From: Cyanophora paradoxa CCMP329
Lineage: Eukaryota > Plantae > Glaucophyta
NCBI GenBank assembly: GCA_004431415.1
Contig: QPMI01000117.1
Span: forward strand, 1-64,000
Length of the DNA: 64,000 bases
Reading direction: 5' to 3'
The notes under the pieces are model-generated. The model worked only from the letters and a program-made list of their open reading frames with translations. It was not told where the DNA came from and did no database searches. This document shows positions 62,801 to 64,000 of this stretch, piece after piece. Every line of letters begins with the position of its first letter. The first letter of the stretch is position 1. The translations under genes were made by a program, and so were the position numbers.

Positions 62801-63872
62801 AGAGTCCGTGGCCGTAAAAGCGTCGAAGGGTATGGCCAAGCGGAAAGCCGTCAGGGATCGGCCCGAAAGTTCCGAGGGCGCCTGTGTATGAGTCGATGGC
62901 GGTCAGGATGTGCCTCCCAACGACGAGGTAGTCCGTTGCATCGAAAGCGCGCTGCTGCACCCCATCGTAAAGCCTCCACGGGAGGGGGTGCGCGCCGCGC
63001 TCTGGCAAGGTGACGCCTGCGCGGTTTCATTAATATTCGCATTGCAATTGTGTAAAGCTCGCGGACCCATGTTGCCGCGAATCTCAAAAAGCGGCCTGTA
63101 CTCACTGCCGCGCACGTTGGTGCAGACTCTGCACGCAAGTGTCGTGGGCAAATTGCGCGCGCGCGCGTCCAAATCGGAGCAGATACGCATACTTCTCCAC
63201 AGTACCCCAAGCCTGATCCATTGCGAGTGGTCGATACTGCTTGTCCCAGGGAGCGTACAAGTCGCTGTTTGGGTTCGGCGATGGGAAAGGGTACGAGTAC
63301 TGGAGCTCTCTGCGGTCATTGTCACGCGTACGAAAACATCCGAATCAAAAAGTCGAACGAAGTCCGCAAAAAAATTGGCTACCCGTTCGAATGACCTAGT
63401 AGATATCGGAAATCGACATAAGCGTCGAATTTGCACGTAATTAAAAAAACCAAATCGAGCACCTAACCAGCGTGGATACTGGCGCACGCGCACAGGGGTC
63501 GACGTCAGCGCTTCGGCGTAAAGAGTGTTCGCATTTTCCTTCTAAAAAATGGTTACCATGCCACCTCCGGCCTCCTTTCCCTGAAGGGAGGAGGGAGGGA
63601 GATGAGACATGAAAGTTAGAATTCCATGGGACTCATATCTTGCTTACCGAATACCCCCCAGCTTTCGGAAGCAGCTTCCCGGATCCCAGCATGTACGTCT
63701 CTGTGTGCTTGCTGAGGCCCGTGAGCCGTTGGACCTCGTAAGGTGAGCGGAAACCAAGGTAATGATTGCGGCCGTTCTCGAGCTGCTCAATTCCGGTCAC
63801 GGCGGGTGTTAAACTTCCAACAGCGGCAGGCGAGAAGAGTTGATTCCACGATGGATCAAAGAGAGCAGTCAT
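32828..63872 (-). CDS. Giant single-pass REJ-GAIN/GPS receptor-like protein with ~60 FN3-like repeats C-terminal to the TM (estimated >8,000 aa; 5' end probably outside the window)
   Basis: I traced a phase-consistent exon chain from ~60.2 kb to the stop TAG at 32830-32828 (apart from three 1-nt gaps in the array). Order: FN3 (YTVKWTNP...YGYNILV...VYRVFLRAMNRFG, 59540-59115), PT repeats, REJ module, helical GAIN-A-like region, GAIN-B (DISVLGFRITGLSDDKPIIIEIP...FWNETSLSWESC...GFCTHL|TT|FTLG), TM (55700-55632), FN3 array. Exon-like segments continue from 60.2 to 63.9 kb, but their frames are less certain. Confidence 0.85.
33960..48600 (-). repeat. Homogenised coding tandem array of 12 full units plus a terminal partial unit; short 1078 bp (1002 exon + 76 intron) and long 1219 bp (1143 + 76); each unit encodes 3 FN3-like domains
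   Basis: Equivalent anchor positions are 48542, 47464, 46245, 45167, 43948, 42870, 41793, 40574, 39497, 38278, 37200, 35983 and 34915. The conserved phase-2 intron reads ccgag|GTGCGC...gctgac...cggcAG|cttcggc. Confidence 0.95.
48600..55410 (-). repeat. Diverged 5' units of the same FN3 super-repeat (about 6-7 units)
   Basis: Same three-domain C-A-B order and the same phase-2 intron position (~49650, 50740, 51840, 52910, 54017), but with many substitutions and unique linkers. Confidence 0.9.
55632..55700 (-). other. Single transmembrane helix of the giant protein
   Basis: ILPLAFGIGFAGLLVVGITAAIV is followed by K/R residues (KGTLRIPSIFPK). The Met at 55709 follows a splice acceptor and an in-frame upstream exon (55885-55778), so it is internal rather than a start. 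Confidence 0.85.
55860..56680 (-). other. GAIN subdomain B with GPS autoproteolysis motif
   Basis: Spliced: ...PIIIEIPYPEAQKTMPTEQQYLIFWNETSLSWESCQTKLKPKINMW|LGDANNPDPKATDAGDLFQKD|GVWYARGFCTHL|TT|FTLGQIVPN. This gives the W-x6-W-x2-C...C-x-H-L/T-x-F pattern about 40 aa before the TM. Confidence 0.82.
58120..58585 (-). other. REJ (receptor for egg jelly)-type module
   Basis: PESGACTISPTEGTLFATKYTVTCSNW...LPLFYSLK|LKDRVLAK...GAVVLTATICSSSACGCS|DVVLNITV matches the P-x-x-G-x-C-x-I-x-P-x-x-G...T-x-F/Y-x-x-x-C-x-x-W...PL-x-Y pattern I recall from polycystin-1-family REJ regions. Confidence 0.75.
58600..58980 (-). repeat. Coding 9-bp minisatellite encoding a (PTN/PTD)n Pro-Thr stalk
   Basis: gggattcgt/ggggttcgt/gggatccgt tandem units on the plus strand; the minus-strand translation is PTNPTNPTDP... 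Confidence 0.92.
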
Positions 63873-64000
63873 CTAAGCAGTCATCAAAGAGAGACATCGC
63901 CGATTGATTCTCACGATCATGATTACCGAGAAGCGCCCTAAGGTTTCGAAACGAAGTGAGACCTCGATCGCGACAGGCATATATATTTCAAGTTTTTAAA

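Noticed and set aside
55900-64000. Lower-GC region as an endogenous virus or Polinton insertion
   Set aside because: No viral hallmark genes seen; it parses as spliced exons continuous with the GAIN/TM gene.

Overview
Eukaryotic, GC-rich, intron-dense genomic DNA with short (~60-120 nt) introns, many micro-exons and frequent GC-AG donors. The style suggests a GC-rich alga or protist such as the glaucophyte Cyanophora, but that attribution is unverified. The ORF track is mostly misleading, so I reconstructed genes by hand-splicing. Left to right: an unidentified minus-strand gene fragment (1-~1.7 kb); a ~14-kb soluble-type adenylyl cyclase gene (C1-C2 cyclase, STAND NTPase, TPR-like; 3216-17002); a bona fide Cdc25 phosphatase (17960-19962); a head-to-head J-domain/F-box-LRR pair tandemly duplicated as a ~3.6-kb unit (20.3-27.8 kb); and an inverted, decayed third F-box copy (29.6-31.5 kb). 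The right half is one giant minus-strand gene, ending at the stop at 32828 with its 5' end probably beyond 64000. It encodes an FN3 domain, a Pro-Thr repeat stalk, a REJ module, a GAIN domain with an intact GPS autoproteolysis site (C-T-H-L/T-T-F), a single TM helix, and then a ~7,000-aa predicted cytoplasmic tail of ~60 FN3-like domains in 20 three-domain super-repeats. Twelve full units are near-identical 1078/1219-bp exon+intron units forming a higher-order repeat. The GPS nucleophile sits on its own 6-nt micro-exon with a GC donor. This polycystin/adhesion-GPCR-like ectodomain joined to a titin-like intracellular array is the best candidate for an undescribed system.
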